From: a virus
Virus record (IMG/VR): IMGVR_UViG_3300008267_000006
Location: 1-64,000 of that record
Strand: one strand, 5' to 3'
DNA: 64,000 nucleotides
Made by a program: the position numbers and the translations under genes. The notes beneath the pieces are model-generated. The model did not search any database and was not told the DNA's origin. It worked only from the letters and a program-made list of their open reading frames with translations. Shown here piece after piece: positions 19,425 through 28,511 of the stretch (position 1 is the first letter of the stretch; each line of letters begins with the position of its first letter).

Positions 19425-19614
19425 CTTTTTTCGCTTTCTGGTAGCATGCTTGTGAGCAATAATTTCCTTCTTCACCACAAACAATAAATGTATTTGGTAT
19501 TACTCCAAAACATTCACCACCATTTTCAATTATGAGTTCCTCTTCAAGAAATCCACATGAGCAATTATGCCAGTCTTTCCACCAAGTACAGTTATTATTG
19601 TGTTGATTTCTCAT
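19417..19614 (-). CDS. Small Cys-rich protein
   Basis: HNCSCG, C...CG...YCSQAC. Confidence 0.5.
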   Translation of the reverse strand: MRNQHNNNCTWWKDWHNCSCGFLEEELIIENGGECFGVIPNTFIVCGEEGNYCSQACYQKAKKDA

Positions 19615-19861
19615 TGTTTTCTTCGATATTCATATCATATGGGTCACATAAATTATTTATGTTTTTATTATCAACTACCGACTTCCAGTTTTTGTACTCT
19701 TGAACGGCCCTTGTTAGCTCTCTTATCTCTTCGCCCATGAAAGGACCATTATACCCTATTTTTATAAGGCTGTCAAGCTCTTTATATACCCTTAATAGGT
19801 ATTCTCTTTCCGTTTTAATTATTTCAAGTTTATTGTATAACTCTAATTCTTCTTTATTCAT
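19595..19861 (-). CDS. Hypothetical protein
   Basis: 88 aa, coupled start. Confidence 0.5.
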   Translation of the reverse strand: MNKEELELYNKLEIIKTEREYLLRVYKELDSLIKIGYNGPFMGEEIRELTRAVQEYKNWKSVVDNKNINNLCDPYDMNIEENNEKSTQ

Positions 19862-20784
19862 TCTGAGCCTCTTCCATTATCTTGTGATATATCTTCTACT
19901 GAATCATTGTCTATAATTTTAAACGTTTTCATCTCATCGGCTGAACCAAACAATTTTCTTTTCTTTTTTAAGAAAGATCCTTTATTCTTCACAAGAAGAT
20001 TTGATTCTTCTGAACTGAGAAATGCTTTATATCTTTCCCAACTTGAAATATCGTAATGCCAAGGAAGATCTATTACTTCGTGTTCCTCAAATGATAAATT
20101 TTTAAAAATTTCTTGTAGGCTATGTCTGATCTGTTTATTGTGATCTCTAAAATCCCACTCATCTTCGTGGTTTTTGCTAAATCTTCTTTTAGCTATTTTA
20201 TAATCTTGTTCATCAAAAGTAAAGCTTATTTGCAGACCATCTTTTACAGTTTTATTATTATGTCTAAATACTGTTTTTTCAGTAGAAGATATTTTCATCC
20301 TATTTTTCCATATAGTTTTTTCTTCACTTATACCATATGGGAATGCACAATAAAACTTTTCTGGTATTATCCATTTACTTAAAAATGCCGATACTCTAAA
20401 TGCTGTATCTGCTCCATATAATATACTCCATGCAATAGAATCTTTTGTGACTTTATCACCCGGTCTGATAGGACAATATAGAATACTTATATCTTTTCTT
20501 TTAAGAGAGGGATTTAGTCCAGTTGTAAGCGAAACTGGATCTGCGATATAATCGCCAAGCCTAGTTCTTATAATCGGCTCTGCATTATAGTGTGCTACAA
20601 CCCAAATTGTTTCACAGCCAGCTAATGCACATTCGTAAACAGCTCTTTCGATAGCAACATAATTCTGTCCTACTGGCATAAGGCAGTCACTCCACGGCAT
20701 ACCAAAATCAAGTGGAGGGCAAGCAACAGGAACTATTCCTGCCATATGAATTATTCTTGTTTTATCTCTTATTTTTTTTAACAT
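19858..20784 (-). CDS. Divergent sugar-phosphate nucleotidyltransferase-like protein
   Basis: AGIVPVA, CLMPVG, AIERAVYECALAGCETIWVV, HYDISSWERY. Confidence 0.6.
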   Translation of the reverse strand: MLKKIRDKTRIIHMAGIVPVACPPLDFGMPWSDCLMPVGQNYVAIERAVYECALAGCETIWVVAHYNAEPIIRTRLGDYIADPVSLTTGLNPSLKRKDISILYCPIRPGDKVTKDSIAWSILYGADTAFRVSAFLSKWIIPEKFYCAFPYGISEEKTIWKNRMKISSTEKTVFRHNNKTVKDGLQISFTFDEQDYKIAKRRFSKNHEDEWDFRDHNKQIRHSLQEIFKNLSFEEHEVIDLPWHYDISSWERYKAFLSSEESNLLVKNKGSFLKKKRKLFGSADEMKTFKIIDNDSVEDISQDNGRGSE

Positions 20785-21494
20785 AATGTTTTTATATTTG
20801 GAGGTAAATCTGTGTAAATATTTTTTCCTAGTGGAAAAACTTTTCTTTCAACAGACTCCACAGTTATGATTTTAAAATGTTTATTTGTTTTATCCCATCT
20901 ACCTTTAAAACCATTTTGGATAAGAAGTTTTTTTAGTTTTATTTTAACAGCGGTTTGTGACCACTCAAATAGATCTAAATCTTTGTCATCAATTATTGAT
21001 GTTGAAACATGATAAATACGTGGTTTTATTTTGTGTATAAAATAAGACCTCAATAGATCATCTTTTGTTTTTAGAAATTTTGTTTTTGTTTTAGCGTGAA
21101 CAACTTTAAAATAATCGTTAACTATATTTTTTGTTGATGTTTTATCAGTTGGAGGAATCAATCCTTCTACTTTATAATCATCACTTAGAAATAATTCATT
21201 AAATTTTATTGTAACAGATAGATTGTTTTTAGTTATTGCTTTGAGTGTATTATCATCTTCAAATCTTATTGTTTTTATTAAATTTGAAAAAGGTGAAAGA
21301 TTTTTTAATATAACATTAAAAAATAAATTATTGTAATTATCTATCTGTTCTTTTCCAAACTCTATATTAAATAATAGTGGCTGTTTTGTTCTGAGGAAAA
21401 TAATAGGAATATTATTATCTAAAGAAAAACGCAGCGCACTTTCATCCGCTCCTATGATTATTTTATCATATGATAACTCTAAAGTGCGCTGCAT
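20778..21494 (-). CDS. Hypothetical protein with degenerate Rossmann-like N-terminus
   Basis: YDKIIIGADESALRFS. Confidence 0.45.
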   Translation of the reverse strand: MQRTLELSYDKIIIGADESALRFSLDNNIPIIFLRTKQPLLFNIEFGKEQIDNYNNLFFNVILKNLSPFSNLIKTIRFEDDNTLKAITKNNLSVTIKFNELFLSDDYKVEGLIPPTDKTSTKNIVNDYFKVVHAKTKTKFLKTKDDLLRSYFIHKIKPRIYHVSTSIIDDKDLDLFEWSQTAVKIKLKKLLIQNGFKGRWDKTNKHFKIITVESVERKVFPLGKNIYTDLPPNIKTLC

Positions 21495-21502
21495 TTATTT
21501 TC

Positions 21503-21817
21503 CTACTTAACTCCACCTAGCTTAAACGCCATTTGTACTGCTTCTTTTTCTGTTAGCGTTTCACCTGAAACACTCCAGGTCCACTTTGACTCTTTTTTCT
21601 TGTCATCGTGAGATAATACTAAAGTTATTCCATTTTTAAGAGTAGTATATTTTTCTCCAAATTCTTTATCTACTTCCCATTCAACAATAATAGGTTCTTG
21701 TTTTGGAGGTGGAGGAGGTTCTGGATCCTTTTTTACACTAAAACCAACAAGAACAGCAATAATGAGCGCAAAACCGCCCCACTTTAGATAAGTTGTTAGA
21801 TTAGAAATTTTAAACAT
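21503..21817 (-). CDS. Membrane-anchored protein with Pro linker
   Basis: TM helix then PEPPPPPK. Confidence 0.6.
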   Translation of the reverse strand: MFKISNLTTYLKWGGFALIIAVLVGFSVKKDPEPPPPPKQEPIIVEWEVDKEFGEKYTTLKNGITLVLSHDDKKKESKWTWSVSGETLTEKEAVQMAFKLGGVK

Positions 21818-21826
21818 GATTTCTCC

Positions 21827-22537
21827 TTATTGTAATGTTTCTAATACATTTTTAATATGGTTAGGATCTATTACATTTGTCCAAATACCATCTTTATTTA
21901 TACTTAAATCATTTACGATATCAAAATCATTTCCACCAGCTTCGCATCTATCTCCAAAAAAATGCATAGTTTCATGAATGTTTTCTCTTATCCACTTAGA
22001 AGCTTGCTTTTTATTTTTTCCTTTTGCCTGAATATCTATGCTAATCTGTCCACCAATACACGCCTCGTAATCTTTACCAAATTTATTATTTATAAAATCA
22101 GCTATAGATTTTCTTTCTAATTTTTTTAGATCCCACTTAAAATAATCTTCTCTTTGTTGATCAGTTGCGTTTCTACCAACAATAGAAAAATTTAACATTC
22201 CTGATCTATTTTCAAAATGCTTGCCTGTTTTTGTATGATACTCGCTGGCCTCAAGATATTGTTCTAACCATGAATATAGTGCTTCTGGTATTCTTAAAGA
22301 ATTTTTATATTTTAATTCTCCATTAATATATAATTCATTTGCCATAGAACAAAAAATACCATTACATCTATCTAATATTCTTTCGCTCAGTTGTTCTTTA
22401 ACTTTAGATAAGTCACTACCTGTAACAAAAAATACTTTCTTATCTTTCATCCAATTATAGAAAAATTCTTCAAAATCTACAGATATTTTTTGTCTTGGAA
22501 GAGTTAAAGTTCCATCAATATCAAATAAGTAAATCAT
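21827..22537 (-). CDS. HAD-IIB phosphomannomutase (PMM-like)
   Basis: FDIDGTLT, VTGSD, ENRSGMLNFSIVGR, IGGQISID, FFGDRC..GGND. Confidence 0.88.
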   Translation of the reverse strand: MIYLFDIDGTLTLPRQKISVDFEEFFYNWMKDKKVFFVTGSDLSKVKEQLSERILDRCNGIFCSMANELYINGELKYKNSLRIPEALYSWLEQYLEASEYHTKTGKHFENRSGMLNFSIVGRNATDQQREDYFKWDLKKLERKSIADFINNKFGKDYEACIGGQISIDIQAKGKNKKQASKWIRENIHETMHFFGDRCEAGGNDFDIVNDLSINKDGIWTNVIDPNHIKNVLETLQ

Positions 22538-22538
22538 T

Positions 22539-23267
22539 TTATCCTCTTACTTCGTAATACGCTTTAATTGTCTCGGGATATAGTCCCTCAAGGATACGTA
22601 GCATCGCTTCCGCGACGACTTGTATCTCGTATTGCGCGCCATCGTGACTCCTTAGATCAATAAACTTAAGAATATTATTTAGATTTGCACTTGCATAATA
22701 TTCTGTATATAAATTTTGTGGAAGTACACCGCGAGCTTGTTCACGACAAACGCCTGCTTCCATTAAATTATTATATAATTTGACCGAATTTTCATGCCAG
22801 TTTTTAACTACTTTTGATGCTGAAAGTAACATACCCATTGAGCCATCTCCAAAATCTAGAATGGGATCAATTTGCTCGTCGTTATTACTTGCTTGTCGGT
22901 TATTAGAATGCTGAGTTCTAAAAGTTTTAGGTTCGTAGAACTCAAGACTCTCTGCTGTATAACGGCGACTGATTTCGTTATAACTCCAGGTACGATGACG
23001 ATGATGTTGTGATCTGATAAACAGTGGCACCACACATTTAAAAGTTACGTTGCAGTGCTCTAATGTACTTGTATGTCTGTGTTTTATTAGATAACGAATT
23101 AATTTTTTATCTTTATCAGATAAAAGATCTCCACTTTCATCTTTTCCAAAGCTAACTCTTGCTGCTCGCACTATTGTAGCGTCTGAACCCATTGATTGTA
23201 CAAGTTGTACTCTTCCGATACCATCACCGTATAGATCAATACTGATATTTTTATCTTCGTGATTCAC
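22539..23267 (-). CDS. thyX: Flavin-dependent thymidylate synthase
   Basis: AARVS, HTSTLEH, RHRTWSYNEISRRY, REQARGVLP, AQYEI; GTG start. Confidence 0.96.
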   Translation of the reverse strand: MNHEDKNISIDLYGDGIGRVQLVQSMGSDATIVRAARVSFGKDESGDLLSDKDKKLIRYLIKHRHTSTLEHCNVTFKCVVPLFIRSQHHRHRTWSYNEISRRYTAESLEFYEPKTFRTQHSNNRQASNNDEQIDPILDFGDGSMGMLLSASKVVKNWHENSVKLYNNLMEAGVCREQARGVLPQNLYTEYYASANLNNILKFIDLRSHDGAQYEIQVVAEAMLRILEGLYPETIKAYYEVRG

Positions 23268-23269
23268 TT

Positions 23270-23983
23270 TTATTCCTTCCAGGTTATACCTTTAACTATT
23301 TTTCTTATTGTAGCTGTACTAACATTATATTTTTTTGATAGCTCTACGTATTTACCTCTGGTGTCATCAAAAATATTTTTAATTTCTTTTACTTGCTCTA
23401 ATGTTAGTTTAGAGCTTGGATTTTTTTCACCATTTATATCTGAATTGTTATATTTTAATCCTTTATTCCAGGCCGGCTCTCTAATAACCGTTTTTGTCTC
23501 TATTGCTTTTATTTCTGGTGTAACCCAATTTTTCATCCATTGAAGGATTTTTTCAAAATCATCTATTGATCCATTGCTTTTTAAATTATTCATTTTTCTA
23601 GAGATCCAAGAAACATTTCCTTTCGTGTATCCAAGTTCTGGATTAAATCTGTCCAGTTCGGCTACATTCTCAGAACTTCTATCTTCATGCGAAGAAGACC
23701 ATTCTAATTTTATTCCGCTTATAGGACAAAATTCTGTCCATATTTGTTCTAGATAAACCTCATCAAGATCATAAGGAATCTTTCTTTGCTTACAAGAAGC
23801 TTTCATTTTTACATGCCTGGCAAGAAATGGATTATTTTTTTTATATTTATAATAATTTTTTCTTTGATTTTTATTTTTACATTCTTTGCAAGTTTTTCTA
23901 TATTTTCCTGCATTTTTAGAATCCTTGCGGAATGAAAAATCAGCTTCTTGTTTTTCTAGTTTACATGAGTTACATCTTATCAT
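23270..23983 (-). mobile_element. Free-standing HNH/EndoVII-like homing endonuclease with Zn finger and C-terminal HTH
   Basis: CNSC..CKEC, CPISG, ELDRFNPELGYTKGNVSWISRKMNNLK, PAWNKG, KLTLEQV; own ACTATTTAT at 23998-24006. Confidence 0.75.
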
Positions 23984-24023
23984 AATTTTCTCCTATAATA
24001 AATAGTAACCCAAGCATTATTTG

Positions 24024-24101
24024 CTAATAATAATCACTTCCGACGTGATCAACAAGTTCCACTTTTCCGATTCCATCACCATAAATATCTATTTTATTCA
24101 T
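24024..24101 (-). pseudogene. Stranded 5' remnant of a thyX allele (25 aa)
   Basis: MNKIDIYGDGIGKVELVDHVGSDYY* versus ThyX SIDLYGDGIGRVQLVQSMGSD. Confidence 0.85.
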
Positions 24102-24381
24102 TTTTCACCAAAATTCCATACACAGCATTTTCTGGTACAATACAGATTTTTAAATCATTATACTCAAAACTTTCTATCATATGAACTGGAACTAATAGTA
24201 ATTTTCCGTTTTCTTCAAAAAATTGTGAATCATCGGGTGCTTTTAAAAGCTTAACTATTTTTAGAACACTATTTTTTGGATTATAATCACTTGGTAATAC
24301 AAATCCTTCTAAACTATCATTTGATTTTTTTGTTTCTAAAATCTCTACGTGCAGAAACTTATTTCTTGGAAAAAAATCCAT
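24094..24381 (-). CDS. GroES/Cpn10-like co-chaperonin
   Basis: FPRNKFLHVE, mobile-loop-like LEGFVLP, terminal IVPENAVYGIL. Confidence 0.65.
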   Translation of the reverse strand: MDFFPRNKFLHVEILETKKSNDSLEGFVLPSDYNPKNSVLKIVKLLKAPDDSQFFEENGKLLLVPVHMIESFEYNDLKICIVPENAVYGILVKNE

Positions 24382-24382
24382 A

Positions 24383-24640
24383 TTACCCACCCGTTACTTT
24401 TTTATACATACTCTCAAGTTCAGCAAAATCTGTTTCATCTTTCATAAGACGATAAGCTTTAATCACATTTTTCATTTCACTTTTTGAAAGCCAGTCATTT
24501 TCAACGTAGTTTTTCTTTAGATCTGATCTCTGTTCCTTAAATGGCTGCATCGCTTGCTCAATCGCTTGCATAGCTTTAACGAATTCACGAACTCTTTCCT
24601 CTTTTGTTTTCTTGTCTGCTTCTACTGAATGAATGATCAT
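24383..24640 (-). CDS. Small helical DNA-binding protein (T4 DsbA / GapR-like)
   Basis: VREFVKAMQAIE...KEQRSDLK...KNVIKAYR...ELESMY pattern. Confidence 0.45.
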   Translation of the reverse strand: MIIHSVEADKKTKEERVREFVKAMQAIEQAMQPFKEQRSDLKKNYVENDWLSKSEMKNVIKAYRLMKDETDFAELESMYKKVTGG

Positions 24641-24876
24641 AATATCTCCTTTATTTTCTCGGCCAGTCGAGCTAGCTCATGGTTCAATCTACCACGCTTG
24701 TCGTACTCTGTCAAGTCATAAAAATCTACTTCTATACCAGTTTCTTCTTCATCAACTAGAAATTTAGCAAATGAACTAAATTGTTCATCTATATAAAAAG
24801 ACTTTCTTTTAACGGTTATATCTTTGCCAACTAGTTTACTTAAGCGATCTTCTAAAAAACGAATATTTGAATACAT
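24637..24876 (-). CDS. Hypothetical protein
   Basis: GGAG RBS before MYSN. Confidence 0.55.
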   Translation of the reverse strand: MYSNIRFLEDRLSKLVGKDITVKRKSFYIDEQFSSFAKFLVDEEETGIEVDFYDLTEYDKRGRLNHELARLAEKIKEIL

Positions 24877-24887
24877 ATTATCTCCAC

Positions 24888-24936
24888 AAAAAAGACACCC
24901 TACGGAAAACATACCATAGGGTGTCTAGAATGTAAA
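24888..24936 (-). promoter_or_regulatory. nrdJ terminator with -10 element in its loop
   Basis: GACACCCTATGG/CCGTAGGGTGTC plus TTTTT; TTTACA(24931-24936)-17-TATGTT(24908-24913). Confidence 0.65.
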
Positions 24937-24951
24937 GAGTTTACTAATTTA

Positions 24952-26811
24952 TTAACGAACTGGACAAGCTCCTCCTTCGCACTCCATTGAGCTTTCCAAA
25001 TTTCCTTCACCAACGTCAGTATCAGCAATTGGTTTAATTTTAGCTGATAGACGCTCGTATTGCTCCTTGGTTATTGTTTCTTTTGGAGCTTGTTTGAAGC
25101 CGTGTTCACTGTGGCATAGGAATGAGATAGTCTTTAGATATTTAAGATTCTCACCTAACCATGTTTTTAACCCTTCTATATCTTCGCGTTTATAATAAAC
25201 AGTTACTGAAACAGATTGATCGGCCCAGTGTTTTTGAGCCATCTTAACAACGTCTAATTGCTTCCACGTTGTCCAGTCTTCATCTGCTACTGGCGCACCT
25301 TCTGGTGCTGCTACATAAAAATCTACAACAAGCGTGTTGTGATCTAACGAGCCATCAAATCTTACTACTGGCTCCATGTAATGACCAGCTTCCTTTAATA
25401 GAGGAATCAGCGCATCGTTTGCAGAAAAGCGTACACGTTGAATAATGTAACGAGAGTAGCCTGGATGTACTCCTTCAAAACAATCAAAAACTTTTGAAAT
25501 AGTTCCAGATGGTTTAATTACAGTAGTACGAATACTTTCTGGAATTCCTAATTCTTTAGAATATTCCCGATTTTCATCTTGAATAGCAGCATAGGCACGA
25601 TCTAGAGTTTCTGGTTTAAACAGAGGAGATTGTAGACATCCAGTAATGCCTGTTCCAATACGACGATTACGTTTAACTACAGCGTCACATTTTGGTTGGT
25701 GGTATTTCTCCATAGTTACGCGTTTACCCCAGCGATGCATAAGGCGAGCAGCTTCTATAAATTCTGCCTCGTTAGCAAGATTTGGCAAAGCAATTTCTTG
25801 TAGGTTGCAAGGTTCACCATCTTCAAGAGTAGCCTCTGCACATGGATTTACACCAACTGCACTATCGGCTTTTAGTTCTCCCATGCGTGCATATTTTTGA
25901 ATATTAGTTCGGTTAACGATACCGAATGGTTCGCCTTCTTCGTAGGTCTTCCAGAATAGTGGATGTAGATCTTCTACGTCATCCACGACAACTGAAAAAT
26001 TAGCCATCGCACGTTGAGTTGGGATATTGCCAAGATCCCAACGTTTAGCCTTTAAGTATTCTTTATCCCAAGGATCGCCAAGAATAATAATAGCTGAACG
26101 ACGCACATTACCGGCAACGACCATTTCAGCAATCGAACACAAGATATCAGCAGCGTCAAGAGGTTTAACGTGCTTTCCGCCTCTAGTATTGAGGATTCCG
26201 CATAGTTTTTCCGCAAACGCAATAAGAGGTTTTGGACCTGATGAAGTACCTCCAAAACCGCGTATAGGCTCACCAGCAGGACGAACGCATACAGTAGAAT
26301 AGCTAAAAGATTTACCAGTAACAAAATAACTCTCCAAAATACGACGAGTCAATTCGTTCCATCCTTCTCGACTATCAGATACTATAAAATCAGCATCTTT
26401 ACTGTCACGATTTACGATATGCACGTCGCGTTTGACTTTAGGAAGCTTGCTGACAAATCTGTGTTCAACAGACATACCAACACCACCACCTAACATAAGT
26501 AGGTCTTGAGCAAGAATAAAGTTGGTCCAATCGTCACTAGCAACAAACCAGCAGTTGTTTAATGCTACACCGCCAAGACGTTTATGCGATGGAGCACCAG
26601 AATACCACCAACCACGACCAGCAGGACCGGCTTTACGTTCCGTTAAATAATATTTTAGTTTATTAATTTCACCCTCAGAAACATTATGTCCTACTGTATT
26701 TCCACGAATAATTCTATCAACTGTATCTTCCCAGTTTTCTAGCAAACCAGTGTCATTACGTGCATAGGTTCGCTTATAAACAACTTTAGCTAGATTGGAC
26801 CAATTTGACAT
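24952..26811 (-). CDS. nrdJ: Class II (B12-dependent) ribonucleotide reductase
   Basis: RTYAR, PAGR, NNC, LGGGVG, DSREGW, GNVRRSA, NPCAE, CNLQE, KPSGT, C-terminal CEGGACP. Confidence 0.93.
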   Translation of the reverse strand: MSNWSNLAKVVYKRTYARNDTGLLENWEDTVDRIIRGNTVGHNVSEGEINKLKYYLTERKAGPAGRGWWYSGAPSHKRLGGVALNNCWFVASDDWTNFILAQDLLMLGGGVGMSVEHRFVSKLPKVKRDVHIVNRDSKDADFIVSDSREGWNELTRRILESYFVTGKSFSYSTVCVRPAGEPIRGFGGTSSGPKPLIAFAEKLCGILNTRGGKHVKPLDAADILCSIAEMVVAGNVRRSAIIILGDPWDKEYLKAKRWDLGNIPTQRAMANFSVVVDDVEDLHPLFWKTYEEGEPFGIVNRTNIQKYARMGELKADSAVGVNPCAEATLEDGEPCNLQEIALPNLANEAEFIEAARLMHRWGKRVTMEKYHQPKCDAVVKRNRRIGTGITGCLQSPLFKPETLDRAYAAIQDENREYSKELGIPESIRTTVIKPSGTISKVFDCFEGVHPGYSRYIIQRVRFSANDALIPLLKEAGHYMEPVVRFDGSLDHNTLVVDFYVAAPEGAPVADEDWTTWKQLDVVKMAQKHWADQSVSVTVYYKREDIEGLKTWLGENLKYLKTISFLCHSEHGFKQAPKETITKEQYERLSAKIKPIADTDVGEGNLESSMECEGGACPVR

Positions 26812-26823
26812 TTCAATATTCTC

Positions 26824-27072
26824 CTATAAAATTTCTTTTAATTGTAAAACAGTTTTACCACCAACTAATCTTTGCTTTTCTACTTCGTCTTCTAAAATTA
26901 CAAAAGTAGGAACACCAGAAATACTAAAATTAGTTGCCATAACTGGGTTTTCATCAATATCCACAACCTCAAATTGAACATTTTTAACTGTGTCTTTTAG
27001 ATCATTAAAGATTGGTTTTGCTTGACGACAAGGACCGCACCAACTAGCTGAAAACATAACGACTTTTTTCAT
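26824..27072 (-). CDS. trxA: Thioredoxin
   Basis: WCGPC, VDID, GVPT. Confidence 0.93.
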   Translation of the reverse strand: MKKVVMFSASWCGPCRQAKPIFNDLKDTVKNVQFEVVDIDENPVMATNFSISGVPTFVILEDEVEKQRLVGGKTVLQLKEIL

Positions 27073-27081
27073 TTTATTCTC

Positions 27082-28464
27082 CTAAGAAGCTCTTTGTTCT
27101 TTTCTAAATGATTTATATTTCTGTTTTAGATTCTCTTCTTGCTTTTTCATTGCACTTTCCAGTATTTCGCTAGCAGTTTCTGCACTTTGCGATAGTACTT
27201 TAATCTTTACATTGCTTGTATCCATAAATATTGGAAAAACAAGACCGTCTGGTCCATTTCTATTTTTTGCCACAAAGATTCTTCCTTCGTTAACGTTTTT
27301 ATCTTTTATTGTTCTTGATACAGTAAAAATAAGATCAGCTACGAAACATTTGTTAAAGGCTTCAGAAATACTCTCCATTGTAATAACTTCTGCGTTTAGA
27401 CCACTTCTATTTGTTTGAGAAGCTGTCCACAACGTACAGCCATACATCTGTGAAATACCTCTGAGTTCTTCATAGATGCTCTCAAGCTCATTTCGTTTCT
27501 CCTTTTGTGAGGAGATAGGCTTAAGTAGATCGCCATAGTCAACAATGACCATATCAATACGAAAATCTTTACGTTTTAATTTTTCAAGATGATTTTTTAT
27601 TGTATTTGTTGTTGCTGACTTTGTTGGATATTCTTTAACAATAAGCTTTCCTGGGATATCTTTAATCCCTTCCCAAACCATATCTTTTTGCTCTTTTACA
27701 TCTGCAAGATGAATCCCCGTTAAACAAGAATCATACCGTAGAGCAACTACTTTATCTTGTAGCTCTAGTGTATAATGAACAACATTCAAACCAGCTTGCA
27801 ATGCCATGGCTCCAAGATGAACAAGTGCCATGCTTTTACCAGCGCCAGTTGGCGCGATAACTACACCAAGTTCTCCTCTTCCTAATCCGCCTTTTGTAAT
27901 TCCATCAATCAGTTCCCAGCCGGTAGAAATTGGATTTCTTGCTTTTAATTCAAAACGTTTTTCAAAATCTAGAAAGAAGTCATATCCGTGATCATTATCG
28001 GTACCAAGTTTTAGAGCATCATTAATAATTTTGCTAATTTCATCGTATGATGAATTTTGAATAAGACCAACGCTCTTAATCATTGCCTCTTTTAGCTTCT
28101 GCTTTTTACAGAAGTCAAGAGAAACATCTTTAATATGCTGTTCGCCTTCTATTGAAAAATCATTAGATTGCACTCTTGCATAATACTCTCTTACTTGTTT
28201 TTGTAAAAGTTCACTTTCTTTATCCAGATCAGATCTAAGAATAGTCGTAATTGTATCTCTTGAAGGATGAGTTCCGTATTTTTTACGGAAATCCATTATT
28301 TTTTCAACAAATACGCGTAAATATTTTAATTCTAGAAAGTTAATATCAAATACTTCTGTTAGCTGATCGCAGAAAGTTCTGTCGTCAAGCATAATTTGCA
28401 CTAAATTTTCTTGAAACTTAGTTCCGAATTTTTCAAATGATGTTTTTTCATTTATAAATGACAT
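27082..28464 (-). CDS. Replicative DNA helicase (DnaB/T4 gp41-like)
   Basis: APTGAGKS, IVDYGDL, TASQTNR, AKNRNG. Confidence 0.92.
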   Translation of the reverse strand: MSFINEKTSFEKFGTKFQENLVQIMLDDRTFCDQLTEVFDINFLELKYLRVFVEKIMDFRKKYGTHPSRDTITTILRSDLDKESELLQKQVREYYARVQSNDFSIEGEQHIKDVSLDFCKKQKLKEAMIKSVGLIQNSSYDEISKIINDALKLGTDNDHGYDFFLDFEKRFELKARNPISTGWELIDGITKGGLGRGELGVVIAPTGAGKSMALVHLGAMALQAGLNVVHYTLELQDKVVALRYDSCLTGIHLADVKEQKDMVWEGIKDIPGKLIVKEYPTKSATTNTIKNHLEKLKRKDFRIDMVIVDYGDLLKPISSQKEKRNELESIYEELRGISQMYGCTLWTASQTNRSGLNAEVITMESISEAFNKCFVADLIFTVSRTIKDKNVNEGRIFVAKNRNGPDGLVFPIFMDTSNVKIKVLSQSAETASEILESAMKKQEENLKQKYKSFRKEQRAS

Positions 28465-28482
28465 TTATTGCTCCATTTATAC

Positions 28483-28511
28483 ATCTTACCAGCAATATTA
28501 ACAGTTTTCAA
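28483..28511 (-). promoter_or_regulatory. Sigma70-like promoter upstream of helicase
   Basis: TTGAAA-17-TAAGAT with extended TG. Confidence 0.55.

Noticed and set aside
13484-28464. Inteins or group I introns in dnaE, nrdJ, helicase or thyX
   Set aside because: Protein lengths are normal with no intein motifs; regions flanking the endonucleases are too short for a ribozyme core, and the downstream genes are complete
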